A stretch of 64,000 bases of DNA from Octopus vulgaris. Lineage: Eukaryota. Where the stretch lies: NCBI GenBank assembly GCA_951406725.2, contig OX597831.1, positions 20,584,001 through 20,648,000 of the forward strand. Direction: 5' to 3'. The notes beneath the pieces are model-generated. The model did not search any database. It saw only the letters and a program-made list of their open reading frames with translations, and had not been told where the DNA came from. Shown in pieces: positions 28,029 through 41,601 of the stretch (position 1 is its first letter; every line of letters starts with the position of its first letter). Made by a program: the position numbers and the translations under genes.

Positions 28029-28364
28029 TATGTTTCGTTATTATCTAACTTAAGTCTAGGTTTAATAGAATAGATTCAATTTATGCTCGCTGGTGCTACT
28101 AATTGTCGATGCAGAATAACCAGACCATACCGTGTCTTACAACTATTTCTCCTTCTCTGGGAATTTCCGAACCTGCTTCTATGGGATCATTGTTCATTTG
28201 GAGGAACGTACATAATGCTATTCTTCAATAGATAGGTAATAATAAATATTACGTTAGATAATAACGAAACATATAATCACAAGATAAATAGACTGTCAGA
28301 TATGTTCAACAAGGAATACCAATCCAAACAATCCACCTTGTAAGTTAATTAATAGAAGCTTGAA

Positions 28365-28545
28365 ACGGCAGGGGTCGGTGGTGACCCCTGTTGTACTATT
28401 TCGCCACATCTTTCTCTCACTCTCTCTTCCTGTTTCTTGAGTAACCCTGCGATGGACTGGCGTCCCGTCCAGCTGGGGGGAACACATACGCCACAGAAAC
28501 CGGGGAAGCGAGGCCCATGAGCCTGGCTAGGCTTGAAAGGGGCTA
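28365..28545 (+). mobile_element. 5'-truncated OR-like SINE, tail type B
   Basis: CTGCGATGGACTGGCGTCCCGTCCAGCTGGGGG...CCTGGCTAGGCTTGAAAG, matching 38209-38535. Confidence 0.85.
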
Positions 28546-28669
28546 CGTTTATCGTTTTTTAATACTATTTCACTAATAACAAAAAAGACAGCTGCCTACA
28601 CTACCAAAATGTTTCAACCGTATTATAATGAATTAAAAAAAATTATATCCAACAGTTTGATGTAGTTGT

Positions 28670-29052
28670 GGATGGAAGCACTCCGTCGGTTACGACGATG
28701 AGGGTTCCGGTTGATCCGAATCAACGGAACAGCCTGCTCGTGAAATTAACGTGTAAGTGACTGAGCACTCCACAGACACGTGCACCCTTAACGTAGTTCT
28801 CGGGGATATTCAGCGTGACACAGAGAGTGACAAGGCCGGCCCCTTGAAATACAGGTACAACAGAAACAGGAAGTAAGAGAAAGTTGTGGTGAAAGAGTAC
28901 AGCAGGAATCACCACCATCCCCTGCCGGAGCCTCGTGGAGCTTTTAGGTGTTTTCGCTCAATAAAAACTCACAGCGCCCGGTCTGGGAATCGAAACCGCG
29001 ATCCTATGACCGCGAGTCCGCTGCCCTAACCACTGGGCCATTGCGCCTCCAC
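28670..29052 (-). mobile_element. OR-like SINE, tail type A
   Basis: 12-bp TSD TGATGTAGTTGT at 28658-28669 and 29053-29064. Confidence 0.95.
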
Positions 29053-29344
29053 TGATGTAGTTGTATACATATACTGAATACTCAGCGGCAGTAGAAATGT
29101 TTTACTTACTCCAAACGTGTTGCCAGAGCCACCCTGAAAAGAAATGTTGAATTATTGTCAAAAGCGGGTAATACATTTTCAAACATATACACATGTGAAA
29201 TTTATAGTTCTCTACTGATTAAGGCTGCCATAAAACTATGATCGATCGAAAATCTCACAAGTATGACACAATAGATTGTCAAAGGCTATAAAAAATATTG
29301 CAAACATGGCTATATGATACGTTTATGTCATTGTGTTAAGTCCT

Positions 29345-29732
29345 GTGGAGGCGCAATGGCCCAGTGGTTAGGGCAGCGGACTCGCGGTCATAGGATCGCG
29401 GTTTCGATTCCCAGACCGGGCGTTGTGAGTGTTTATTGAGCGAAAACACTTAAAAGCTTCACGAGGCTCCGGCAGGGGATGGTGGTGATCCCTGCTGTAC
29501 TCTTTCACCACAACTTTCTCTCACTCTTACTGCCTGTTTCTGTTGTACCTGTATTTCAAGGGGCCGGCCTTGTCATTCTCTGTGTCACGCTGAATAATAT
29601 CCCCGAGAACTACGTTAAGTGTACACATGTCTGTGGAGTGCTCAGCCACTTACACGTTAATTTCACGAGCAGGCTGTTCCGTTGATACGATCAACCGGAA
29701 CCCTCATCGTCGTAACCGACGGAGTGCTTCCG
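29345..29732 (+). mobile_element. OR-like SINE, tail type A
   Basis: 13-bp TSD TGTGTTAAGTCCT at 29332-29344 and 29733-29745. Confidence 0.95.
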
Positions 29733-30117
29733 TGTGTTAAGTCCTAAGCCACATTATTTAGCATCCAATTCAAAAAAGGTAAAACGTAACTAAATAACAT
29801 ATTCACTCTTTGCTTGATTGATTGTCGCTTGAATGGTGGTTTTAGGAAAATTATTGCTTATATGCTTACAATGAAACAATTCTTAATAATCGTACGTTGT
29901 TCAGTCGCTCATTGTTCTAGACAGATAAAACTAAAGTAATACAAGCTACTTACATCACACTTCTTCCAAAACCAATCCTTTAAGTACAGTATTTCACAAA
30001 ATTCGGGTACATTTCGATTTCTCTTCATGCATTTCTCAAAGGTTTTGTAAGTGCTGGAAAGTAAAAATTATACATTCAGGTATTCTTGTATTCTTGTATT
30101 GCTTATATTTTTATATC

Positions 30118-30399
30118 TCCACGAGGCTCCGGCAGGGGATGGTGGTGATCCCTGCTGTACTCTTTCACCACAACTTTCTCTCACTCTTACTTCCTGTTTC
30201 TGTTGTACCTGTATTTCAAGGGGCCGGCCTTGTCACTCTCTGTGTCACGCTGAATATCCCCGAGAACTACGTTAAGGGTGCACGTGTCTGTGGAGTGCTC
30301 AGCCACTTACACGTTAATTTCATGAGCTGGCTGTTCCGTTGATTCGGATCAACCGGAACCCTCATCGTCGTAACCGACGGAGTGCTTCCAAAAAAAAAA
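30118..30399 (+). mobile_element. 5'-truncated OR-like SINE, tail type A, with poly(A)
   Basis: TSD ATTTTTATATC at 30107-30117 and 30400-30410. Confidence 0.92.
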
Positions 30400-30948
30400 A
30401 TTTTTATATCAACTCTATTCTGGACTTATTCTCGCCTTTCAAATGACTCAAGAGTTATGTTATAGGAAGAATAAACCAAAATCAATACTCAATTATTAAG
30501 AGCAAAATTATTTCTCAACTTCATATTTCTACTAATAGACAGAAAATTTAGTCTCACTGTCGGAGATCTTTATACAACGATAGAAAAATTATACAAATTT
30601 GAATTTAAAATTGTCCAAAATAATTGTCTACTTATATTTACCTGAATGTTGCCTATTATAATTTGCATTGTCTTTTGCCTAATTAGTTCACATAAATATA
30701 TATATGAGTAAACCACCAATACCCCGGTCAAGAGAAAATTGATAGTGCAGATATCATTTCTTCAATCGGGGCTAGTTTAAAAACAAATGGCGTCTACATT
30801 TCATTTTACAAGATGTTTTAATATATAAATCAGATATTCTTCGTTCCATCAACTTGGATCCATTGCAATACATCTAGCATTCTGATAACGATATTCTATA
30901 TTTGTCAATATAGAATGATACACATATAATACATATACTCATAGTAAG

Positions 30949-31024
<76 letters not shown>

Positions 31025-31026
31025 AC

Positions 31027-31061
<35 letters not shown>

Positions 31062-31471
31062 ACATACATACATACATACATACATACATACATACATACA
31101 TACATACATACATACATACCTGCAGAATGTTTTCGTATCGGTTTTGGCAGCAGGCTTAAAGCTTTCAGCACAGTAACGTTTTGCCATTACTTCGCAATCC
31201 ACTCTAAATGCTCTGACACCTAAAAAAATGTGAAGTTCTGCTTTAAAATCTCAAAGTTTTATAACAACACCGTCACTTCCGTTTGTTGTGCATTCATAAA
31301 ATACAGAGTATACATATAGTTGTTTGATGCTAGAATTTATACATATGTGGGTGCAGTGAACGTGTTTCAGTATAGTTCTGGTCGAGTAATTGGGCGTTTC
31401 AGGGGATAACAAAATGCTCTTAGTAATGTATAGAAATATGAATGCTGGATAAATATATACACACATATCTA

Positions 31472-31587
<116 letters not shown>

Positions 31588-31632
31588 CGTCCGTCCGTCC
31601 GTCCGTCCGTCCGTCCGTCCGTCCGTCCGTCC

Positions 31633-31688
<56 letters not shown>

Positions 31689-31689
31689 G

Positions 31690-32420
31690 GCGGACAGTTC
31701 AACATTTATTTTTCCCCCTGTCTGCCAAGAATGGGCGGTAGTGGCACCGCGGTACTTTTTCGCAAGAGTCTGGAGTAAAGACAATATTCGTAGACTCGGA
31801 GGGTAGACTGGTCGTCCTGGATGTCGACGGCAGCAATGAGTGCGCTTTTCGACTCGTATCAGTCTACACACCGCCCTTAACAGGTCGGGCGGATTTCTTT
31901 CAACGTCTAGAAGTATTCTTGGGAATGTCTCGTCCTTTACTCTTAGTGGGGGATTGGAATGCTACTTTGGACACGCATGTAGACTACGTGGGTAGAGATA
32001 GGAATAGACGGGGATGCAAATGCCTCAGAGACCTGCTCAGACGCTTTCAACTGTCTGACAGGTTCCGACTAGACCACCCGAATGCGCCAACGTGGACATG
32101 GAGCAACCGCATCGGGTCGTCGAGATCGTATCTAGATAGGATACTGTGTAGGACAGTAGATAGAGATAGCATAGGATGTCCACAATTCCACATAGTCAGC
32201 TACACGGATCACAAACTTGTGACATGTACGCTAGACTTAGGTAAGACACTTAGGCAGGGTCCCGGATACTGGAAACTAAACGCGTCTTTCCCATCGAGAC
32301 AGATTTTCCAGAGACCGGATTAGCACACTAGTAAAGAGGGCTTTGACGGGAGCCATCATCAACAACAAATGGTGGTTTGCCCTCAAGAGAGCAGTAAAAG
32401 CAGAAGCGATTAGGTACAGC
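31690..32420 (+). mobile_element. Tx1/L1-clade LINE apurinic endonuclease fragment
   Basis: LLVGDWNATLD, TWTWSN...RSYLDRILC, TDHKLV, GPGYWKLN. Confidence 0.9.
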
Positions 32421-32794
32421 GAATATGTATATTAGGGATTCATGCTATATGCATTTTGTGTGTGAAATGGATAGAAACTGGGGAGAAAAACTTGAAAATA
32501 GTAATTAGAAATAAAACTCAAAATATAAATAAAAAATAATAAAAGAAAACTTGAAAATAAAAATTAAAGATAAGACAAAAAGTGAATATGAAATAATATA
32601 AAAAAAAATAACGGCAGCGAATTAGGATGGCCGCAGCTATGAGTTGAAACTACAGCAAAATAGGTAAATGAAACAAAAATTAAAAATTGAAAATTGAACG
32701 TTGAATCTAGAAATAAAAAGTAAAACGAAAAATAAATAAAAATAGAACAAACTAAAAGCAAAGTAAAATGCTTTTTAAAAAGGTGTGTGGAGGA

Positions 32795-33090
32795 TGTCAC
32801 TGAAAGGAAGAGGTTGTGTTGAGTGGATCCTTGGCGTACGGCAAGGCCAAAGACAGTGAGGAGTGATGTGGAGTGGCTGGCCGAGCAAAAATGATGAGCG
32901 ACGGGGGTGTTTCTGTGTAGGCGGACGTCCCGTAGGTGTTCCGTGAACCGTTCGGCCAGCCGACAGTCCGTCTCACTAACATGAAGATGGCTGCAAAGAT
33001 TTCACCTGATAGATTAAATGCGATTGGATGAAGTGCAGAAGGAGATCCGGATATTAGATGGTGTGTAGTTTAGATCCATTGATGGAAGTG
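32795..33090 (-). mobile_element. Penelope-like GIY-YIG endonuclease fragment
   Basis: CTSSNRI*SIR*NLCSHLHVSETDCRLAERFTEHLRDVRLHRNTPVAHHF. Confidence 0.85.
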
Positions 33091-33107
33091 TTATATATAT
33101 ATACTCT

Positions 33108-33517
33108 CTCTTTTACTCTTTTACTTGTTTCAGTCATTTGACTGCGGCCATGCTGGAGCACCACCTTTAGTCGAGCAAATCGACCCCGGGACTTATTCTT
33201 TGTAAGCCCAGTACTTATTCTATCGGTCTCTTTTGCCGAACCGCTAAGTGACGGGGACGTAAACACACCAGCATCGGTTGTCAAGCAATGCTAGGGGGAC
33301 AAACACAGACACACAAACATATACACACACACTTATATATATATACATATATACGACAGGCTTCTTTCAGTTTCCGTCTACCAAATCCACTCACAAGGCA
33401 TTGGTCGGCCCGGGGCTATAGCAGAAGACACTTGCCCAAGATGCCACGCAGTGGGACTGAACCCGGAACCATGTGGTTGGTTAGCAAGCTACTTACCACA
33501 CAGCCACTCCTGCGCCT
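33108..33517 (-). mobile_element. OK-like SINE
   Basis: Full-length family match. Confidence 0.92.
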
Positions 33518-34359
33518 ATACATATATCAAAATGGTGAATATGACTGACTATAATAATAAAAGTTTTGCCTGGAAAAAAAGAGGACTAGAATGAAAAATA
33601 TTGAACAAGCAGTAATTAAACCTGGGAAAATACAGGCAAAAAACAAAACAAAAAACAAAACAAAAAAGGCTTAGAAAATTGCTGTGGAGCAATGTGCTGA
33701 CAAGGAGTGTGCACAGGTTTCTTTTGTTATATTCGGTTTTTTTTATTGCATTTAAAAAAAATTCAAGATGATATTTTTCATTAAAAAAATTCTTTCTATT
33801 AAGCCAAAATATTCATGTTTTCATTTTTCGCATATCACTAAATTTTATTTTTTGAACAAATTTCATTATTCAAAAGTTTTAATTCGCAGATATTGAGTAA
33901 TGAAATTAAACACATGTGCAATATACGTACTAAAAGAGTATAGAACATTTAAAAAAAAAATGTTTTTTAAAGACACAAAAGAAAGAACTTTAAAATTTGT
34001 ATTATGAGATAAAGTATTTTCTATTTACACTTGGAAAAATATTTAAAAAATGAAAGCTAACCGACAAATCAAGTGCAAAATGAATGACTCTCTAGAAATC
34101 TTTAAAGAAGTTTTTTGTCAATATTGCTTTAATTGTTATTGTTTGATATTTGAAATATATAAATTTATAGTATTAAATTTGAAATTTGTAAAATTTTTTA
34201 GATGAAGTAATAATAGATTCTGTATTTGGTGTAGAAGAATAGGATAATTTTAAAGCGAATCTGTTAAAGTTTTTTGCGATCCCAATGACGGGATATCCCA
34301 TATTTTGAGTTATCCCAGAAACAGCTCGAAGACTTGAATTTTTAAAATAATAATAACCT

Positions 34360-34509
34360 ATAAGTTGCTTGCTTACGAACCACATGGTTCCGGGTTCAGT
34401 CCCACTGAGTGACACCTTGGGCAAGTGTCTTCTACTGTAGCCTTGGGCCGACCAAAGCCTTATGAGTGGATTCGGTAGGCGGAAACTGAAAGAAGCACGT
34501 CGTATATAT

Positions 34510-34602
<93 letters not shown>

Positions 34603-34850
34603 CATATATATATATATATGTATGTGTGGGTGGGTGTACGTTTGTGTGTCTGTGTTCGTCCCCCCAACATCGCTTGACAACAGATGTTGGTGTGTTTACG
34701 TCCCCGCAACTTAGCGGTTCGGCAAAAGAGACCGATAGAATAATTCTAGGCTTACAAAGAATAAGTCCCGGGGTCGATTTGCTCGACTAAAGGCGGTGCT
34801 CCTGCATGGCCACAGTCAAATGACTGAAACAAGTAAACGAGTAAAAGAGT
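34360..34850 (+). mobile_element. OK-like SINE with expanded internal (CA)n(TA)n(TG)n
   Basis: Family match, head slightly truncated. Confidence 0.9.
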
Positions 34851-34863
34851 ATATATGTATATA

Positions 34864-35344
34864 TATTTCTTTACTACCCACAATGGGCTAAACATAGAGG
34901 GGACAAACAAGGACAGACAAAGGGATTAAGTCGATTGCATCGACCTCAGTGGGTAACTGGTACTTAATTTATCGATCCCGAAAGGATGAAAGGCAAAGTC
35001 GACCTCGGCGGAATTTGAACTCACAACGAAACGACAGACGAAATACCGCTAAGCATTTCGCCCGGGGCGCTAACGTTTCTGCCTGCTCGCCGCCTATATA
35101 TATATGCGTCTAAGGCGGCGAGCTGGTAGAAACGTTAGCACGCCGGGCGAAATTCGTAGCCGTATTTCGTCTGTCGTTACGTTCCGAGTTCAAATTCCGC
35201 CGAGGTCGACTTTGCCTTTCATCCTTTCGGGGTCGATAAATTAAGTACCAGTTGCGCACTGGGGTCGATGTAGTCGACTTGGTCCCTTTGTCTGTTCTTG
35301 TTTGTCCCCTCTGTGTTTAGCCCCTTGTGGGTAGTAAAGAAATA
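34864..35344. mobile_element. Head-to-head inverted pair of AAGGCGGCGAGCTGG-family SINEs
   Basis: 34864-35095 (-) and 35113-35344 (+), separated by 17 bp. Confidence 0.92.
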
Positions 35345-35354
35345 TATATATATA

Positions 35355-35409
<55 letters not shown>

Positions 35410-36627
35410 ATATATATACGTACATATATACATATATACATGTGTGTGTGTGTGTGTGTGTTTGTGTGCGTCTGCATATGTATGCATGTGTATATGAATG
35501 AGCGACTGAGAAAGAAACGAACGAGGAGATAGAATAATGATATTACCAAATGACTTACGTCTATATTCTGCACACAAATAGTAATGTTAATTGGAAAATA
35601 ATTACCACGTTGCTACTTACGGAAAATGACAAGGAAAATAAGGATAAAATATTTCATTGTCAAACTGATGAAGACTTCATACTATGGCGACCTACACGCG
35701 GCAAATTATTTTATAATTTACTATGATGTAACATGTGTTCCATTCATGACATCCTATAAATAATGAATAAATATTATTTATAGCTGACGCAATAAATAAT
35801 ACATAAAAACTGATATATGTGTGTACTCGTACTTAGTGAAAGAAATCAATATTAAATATAAACGTGTATTCGCTCTACATTCAAAGATTTTTATGCATCC
35901 ATTATTTTGCAGCGTAAATGTGATGTATTTTTTGACCAGGCAACGTCGCAGGACAGTATGAAGATTTAGGGTGTGATTGAAAAAATTATTCAGCTGACAA
36001 GGAGGAACGGAAGCTATCAGAATACTGATTTCAAACTTTGGGACAAGGCATGCAGTTTCGGTGGGTGGGGGAAAAAGTGTGTCACATCCACCCCAGTACT
36101 TTACTTGTACATATTTTATCGAAACCGAAAAGAGTAAGCGCATAGTCGCATTCAGCGGAATTTCATCATCATCATCACCACCACCACCACCCACCCCCAC
36201 CCCCACCACGACGACGACGACCACCACCATCATCATCATCATCATCATCATTTAGCGTTTTGAACTCAGAATTTCCTCTCTCAATTTCTCTTTTGTCTTC
36301 TTTTATCTTTCTTTATTCTCCATTCTTTTCCCCGTTTCTCCATTTTTCACTCTTCTTTTGACCATACTTCTTTTGATTCATGCATTTGACCATACTTCTT
36401 TTGATTCATACTTCCTTTCTGCTTCACCCCATGAAAACAGTTATATCTACGTTCTGACAATTACAATTTAGTTTAGCAGGCAACAGGTTTTCATTGCGAT
36501 AGAAATTCAAAAGTATGTCAGCGAATCCCAATCTAAATAGCCAATAGAGTAAAAATATTACTTAAAGAGCGATAAAGACTGCTTTGAAGAACATAAAAAA
36601 TTAGTTTTAAGATATAAAATATAAATA

Positions 36628-36692
<65 letters not shown>

Positions 36693-36920
36693 GGAGACGT
36701 ACTTGCATAGCAAGTGACCTGGTCTGAGATCGTGTGCTGGAACGAAAGCAATTGCAGTGTGGAAGGTGCATCAGATGCAGCACAGAATTTTTTCAGTGAA
36801 CAGGTCGCGGCCTCAAAGCGATGAAAATATTTTGACAAATTAAATTTAAATGCTGAAGTGAATCTAACGGTTTTTGTGTGTTTCTTAAATGGCTTATAAA
36901 CACCTTCCACACTGCAATTG

Positions 36921-36981
<61 letters not shown>

Positions 36982-38208
36982 GTGTGTGTATGTATGTATG
37001 TATGTATGTACGTATGTAAGTATGTATGTGTATAATCCTCATTTCCGTTCTTTAATCTCTTTAAGGCATTACACATAACATTGGTCGTTTTTCTAAACAA
37101 CAAATACTCCACTTAGAATGAAATAACGGAGAGAATGTTCAATACCATGGGGGGTGATGAGCATTTATTTTTGTGCTAAATGTGCGCACACAATCATTCT
37201 ATATGATTTCTACTCATAGAAATTAAATTACTTGAACGTTACAGCTACAGAGATAAATATTTAATACTCAAATTATAATTAAGATATTCTGACAGTTATG
37301 TTCTTTATCATGATATACAATATAGCAATACTGATGGAAGACATTTTTGCTTTCAATCAAGATGTTCCCCTGCGAGAACTTTTAAATACTACTCTCAAAG
37401 TAAAGTACATTACGGCTTTATATATGAGGAACTGGTATTAGAGGTATATTGAAATATTTTCCAATATCTGACCGTAGAGTTTAACGAATCTCCAATATTA
37501 TCTTTGTTCTGTGATGTCTGTATTGTCGTACTTGTAGTTTTTCTTTGGAAAGCAAGTAATTGGAGAACTTATCTCTGTTTAGTGTTTCTACTGATTCTGT
37601 TTTTAGTCGTTATTTTTTTATGGTTCATAGTATCAAGTATGGGTCTATTTATTGCACTATCTTTGTTAGATTGTAGCTTACGTTACGATAATGTTATTTT
37701 TGTTTAATGTAGAATTTACGGCTCACAATGAAACGTACAATAATTTCTCCTTTTCTTCTTATTATTCATTCTGCTGGTATGACACCATTTTCATCTGGGT
37801 GAATATTTCGAATGTTACATTTAGGACGATTTGAAAATTACAAAAATTGTTATAGTAAAAGTCGATGAAATCTCACAAAGTTATTTAAACCCAAAGTTAC
37901 TGCATACTGTGTAGAGCATAAAAAGATATCCTAAATGTCACGTATAGAATTGTAGACATGTGTAGTAAAGGTGATCTGTTGCAATATTGGCAATTCAGTT
38001 TCACGACTCATCTCATTGAATAACGTCTTCAAAATAATATACATATGTACTTGTTGTGGCATAATATAAACTTATATATGCGCGAGCATCAGAGTTACAA
38101 CAGCAGTTGCGAATACTGACTGGCTCCTAATCTGTAAATGACAGAAAAGTTTGGTTATTCAAAGTTTTAGATTGACACACATTTAATATGAATTAGGGAA
38201 GCTATTTT

Positions 38209-38535
38209 GGAGGCGCAACTGTCCAGTGGTTAGGGCAGCAGACTCGCGGTCGGAGGATCGCGCTTTTCGATTCCCAGACCGGGTGTTTTGTGTGCTTATT
38301 GAGCGAAAACACCTAAAGCTCCACGAGGCTCCGACAGGGGGTTGTGGTGACCACTGTTGTACTCTTTTGCCCCAACTTTCTCTCACTCTTTCTTCCTGTT
38401 TCTTGAGTAACGCTGCGATGGACTGGCGTCCCGTCCAGCTGGGGGGGGGGGGGGAACACATGCGCCATAGAAACCGGGAAACCGGCCCATGGGCCTGGCT
38501 AGGCTTGAAAAGGGCGCATAAATAAATAAATAATT
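38209..38535 (+). mobile_element. OR-like SINE, tail type B
   Basis: TSD AAGCTATTTT at 38199-38208 and 38536-38545. (AAAT)n tail. Confidence 0.93.
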
Positions 38536-39465
38536 AAGCTATTTTCCTCAGCTATTGCTGAGACTTCTATTTATATTCAATTGGAATATATTTTTAGGGT
38601 GGTGTGAGCATAAAATAAATTAGTAATGTCCGCATATAATTCTATATATTATTTATGAGCATATATTAAGGTAGATTCTTTTATCAAACCGCAGTGTATG
38701 TTACATATTTTATCGTATAAGCTGTGCTCGGAGATTCTTTCACTTAACTTAGAAAGTGGTTTTGTTTGGATTCCTGTTCTTTCTGGAATGCATCTCACAT
38801 AGTTTGTTTATCTTGTGTTTTTATGTCTTTCACTATCTGACGTAGGTCTAGGTTTAGGAGAATGGATATTAGATTCAGCTTACGCTTGCTGACGCTACTA
38901 ATTGTTGATATAGAATAACCGAACCATACCGTGTCTTACAACAATTTCTCTTTCTTTAGGGGATTTCCGAACCTGCTGCCATGGGTTCCTTGTTTATTCG
39001 GAACAAAGTACCTATTCTTCAAAATTTTCCTTTCGAGTGCTTTCTCGTTATAAATAGCAGTCTAATGGAGCATGTTTCGATAGAATTTTATTCGCAATGT
39101 CTAGGTAATGCTATCACAAATATATCATATTATTAAAATGAATCATATATTAAAATACTTTGAAATTATTACTGCAGGGAATAATGCTAGCGTATTCATA
39201 ATATAAACTGCACCTCATTCTTACAACCGTACTTCCTATGCATATTACAATATTCTGTGCATAACGGAAGTTAAACTATCCATCATGTTATTGTAACTAC
39301 ACGGTTTCCTAATTCAAATTTGTAAAACTGCCCTTACATGGAAACAAGCATTTAAGGTTTTGGTGTAGAGTTTACATTGCAACAAACATGGAATATATAT
39401 TACATATCTGACGCATGTATTTTACTGTGAATACTTCTATTTCAGTTAGGTTGTTATAATATGCG

Positions 39466-39848
39466 GTGGAGGCGCAATGGCCCAGTAGTTAGGGCAGCGG
39501 ACTCGCGGTCGTAGGATCGCGGTTTCGATTCCCAGACCGGGCGTTGTGAGTGTTTATTGAGCGAAAACACCTAAAGCTCCACGAGGCTCCGGCAGGGATG
39601 GTGGTGATCCCTGCTGTACTCTTTCACCACAACTTTCTCTCACTCTTACTTCCTGTTTCTGTTGTACCTGTATTTCAAAGGGCCGGCCTTGTCACTCTCT
39701 GTGCCACGCTGAATATCCCCGAGAACTACGTTAAGGGTGCACGTGTCTGTGGAGTGCTCAGCCACTTACACGTTAATTTCACGAGCAGGCTGTTCCGTTG
39801 ATCGGATCAACCGGAACCCTCGTCGTCGTAACCGACGGAGTGCTTCCA
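39466..39848 (+). mobile_element. OR-like SINE, tail type A
   Basis: TSD TATAATATGCG at 39455-39465 and 39849-39859. Confidence 0.95.
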
Positions 39849-41040
39849 TATAATATGCGACAGACACGTTGTAATACACCTGTTTCAATATTTTCATTTG
39901 GTCTATTACCATTAAATAATAAGGAAATTACACTGTAATACTGCTGAAAAACAATACATTTTATGTTGCGTAGACTTTGCATTATTATGTTTTATTGTTA
40001 TGTTACTGATATTGTAGCCATATTAGTAAGGTTTGCCATACTGTTGCCCTGATATCAAGAAGTCAGCTGCCTCTACATATAGAAATGTTTCAACCGTAGT
40101 ATAGTGAATTAAAAAACAACCTATCCTTCAAATCGTTGTAGTTGTTGTCAAAACAACATTCTTTCTTTCCTTGCGGTGGAAAATTAATGATTGTTTATAT
40201 TCTTATAATGAAACAATTCCTTTGAAATCGTTAATCCTTCAGTAGCTCATTCTTTCAGGCGAATAAAACTGAAGTAATGCAAGCTACTTGCTACGCACTT
40301 CTGATAATGTTTCACTTCGTACCGCTGTAAAGAAAATATAGATATTTTCTCGAAACATTAGTTAAAGTGCGTTAAATTACTGGAAGGTAAAACTATGAAT
40401 GAAAATTATACATTCGTGTATTCTTCTCTTCTTTATATTTTTAGATCAACTCTATTCGGGAATCAGACTCGCTTTTCAAGTGAATCAGAGTTATAGGTAA
40501 CATAAACCAAAGTCAATACTCAGGTTATTAAGATCAAAATGAATTTTAAATAGGCAGTTCCACAACTAGAAAGAAAATTTAATCTCACTCTCAGATATAT
40601 TATCCATAGATTAGACCTTCGGAGATCTTTAAACAACGATAGAAAAATTAAACCATTTTATAGTCACAATGGGCAAAACTAAATGTATATTTATTTATAT
40701 TTACTTGAGTGTTGCCTAACAATTTGTATTTCCTTTTCTCTATCGAGAAATATATATATATATATATATATATGAGTAACGCACCAATATCCCGGTTAAG
40801 AGTGTGAGAGAACTGTTAGAGGAAATAGTTCCTTAATCACTGCTGATTTGAAACACACGGCGTCTATATTTGATTGTACGAGGAAGTATAATATATTAGT
40901 GAAAGGATATATTCGGTATCATCAACTTGAATCCATGTAAATAACCTAGCATTTTGATAATGATAAATGTTTCATAAAAGCAAATATTCGTCAGTATATA
41001 ACTATATAAATAATAAATACAATACTAATAGAAAATGTAA

Positions 41041-41127
<87 letters not shown>

Positions 41128-41129
41128 TG

Positions 41130-41168
<39 letters not shown>

Positions 41169-41601
41169 ATAGATAAAACTTACTTGGAAAAGGATGCGTG
41201 GCGTTCGATCATATAATAATATAAATAATATATAAATATATGCATATATATACATACATATATGTACATACCTACATATATATGTATATATACATGCATA
41301 TATGGGTACAGGACATCAAAAAAACGTTGAACACTATGAGAAAGGAAAACATAAAAACAAAAACATAGAAACGAACTTTTTCGAACAACGAAAAAACAAA
41401 CAGAGAAAAGAGACATACAACAAAAAAAATATTCCCCTTCTTCAGTTGTCCCTGTTTCATCTACTCCGCGTTTTCGAGGGGAAGGACAAGACGTTACTTC
41501 GTTAAAACAGTCCCTCCCGCAACGCAAATTAAATAAAATTTGGAATTTTTTTGTGGCGGGTGAAAGTGGTAACAAGAACTTTCTCACTGTTCTGTTCTTT
41601 T

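Larger units (their letters stand above)
37330..41040 (+). pseudogene. Copy 3 of the triplicated decayed gene
   Basis: Exon-like 37713-38196 reads FLLFFLLFILLV*HHFHLGEYFECYI*DDLKITKIVIVKVDEISQSYLNPKLLHTV. Acceptor tttctctttctttag at ~38959. SLLI*NTRRLYLIVRGSIIY**KDIFGIINLNPCK at ~40840-40945. Confidence 0.5.

Noticed and set aside
26826-28250. Repeat-spacer alternation superficially like a CRISPR array
   Set aside because: Units are hundreds of bp, the spacers are the same SINE, the context is eukaryotic and there are no cas genes.
36786-36842. Hammerhead-like stems (GTCGC/GCGAT, GAAA, palindrome AAATATTT), also at 15815-15862 (-)
   Set aside because: The position of the CUGANGA box reads GTGAACA, too far from consensus to call.
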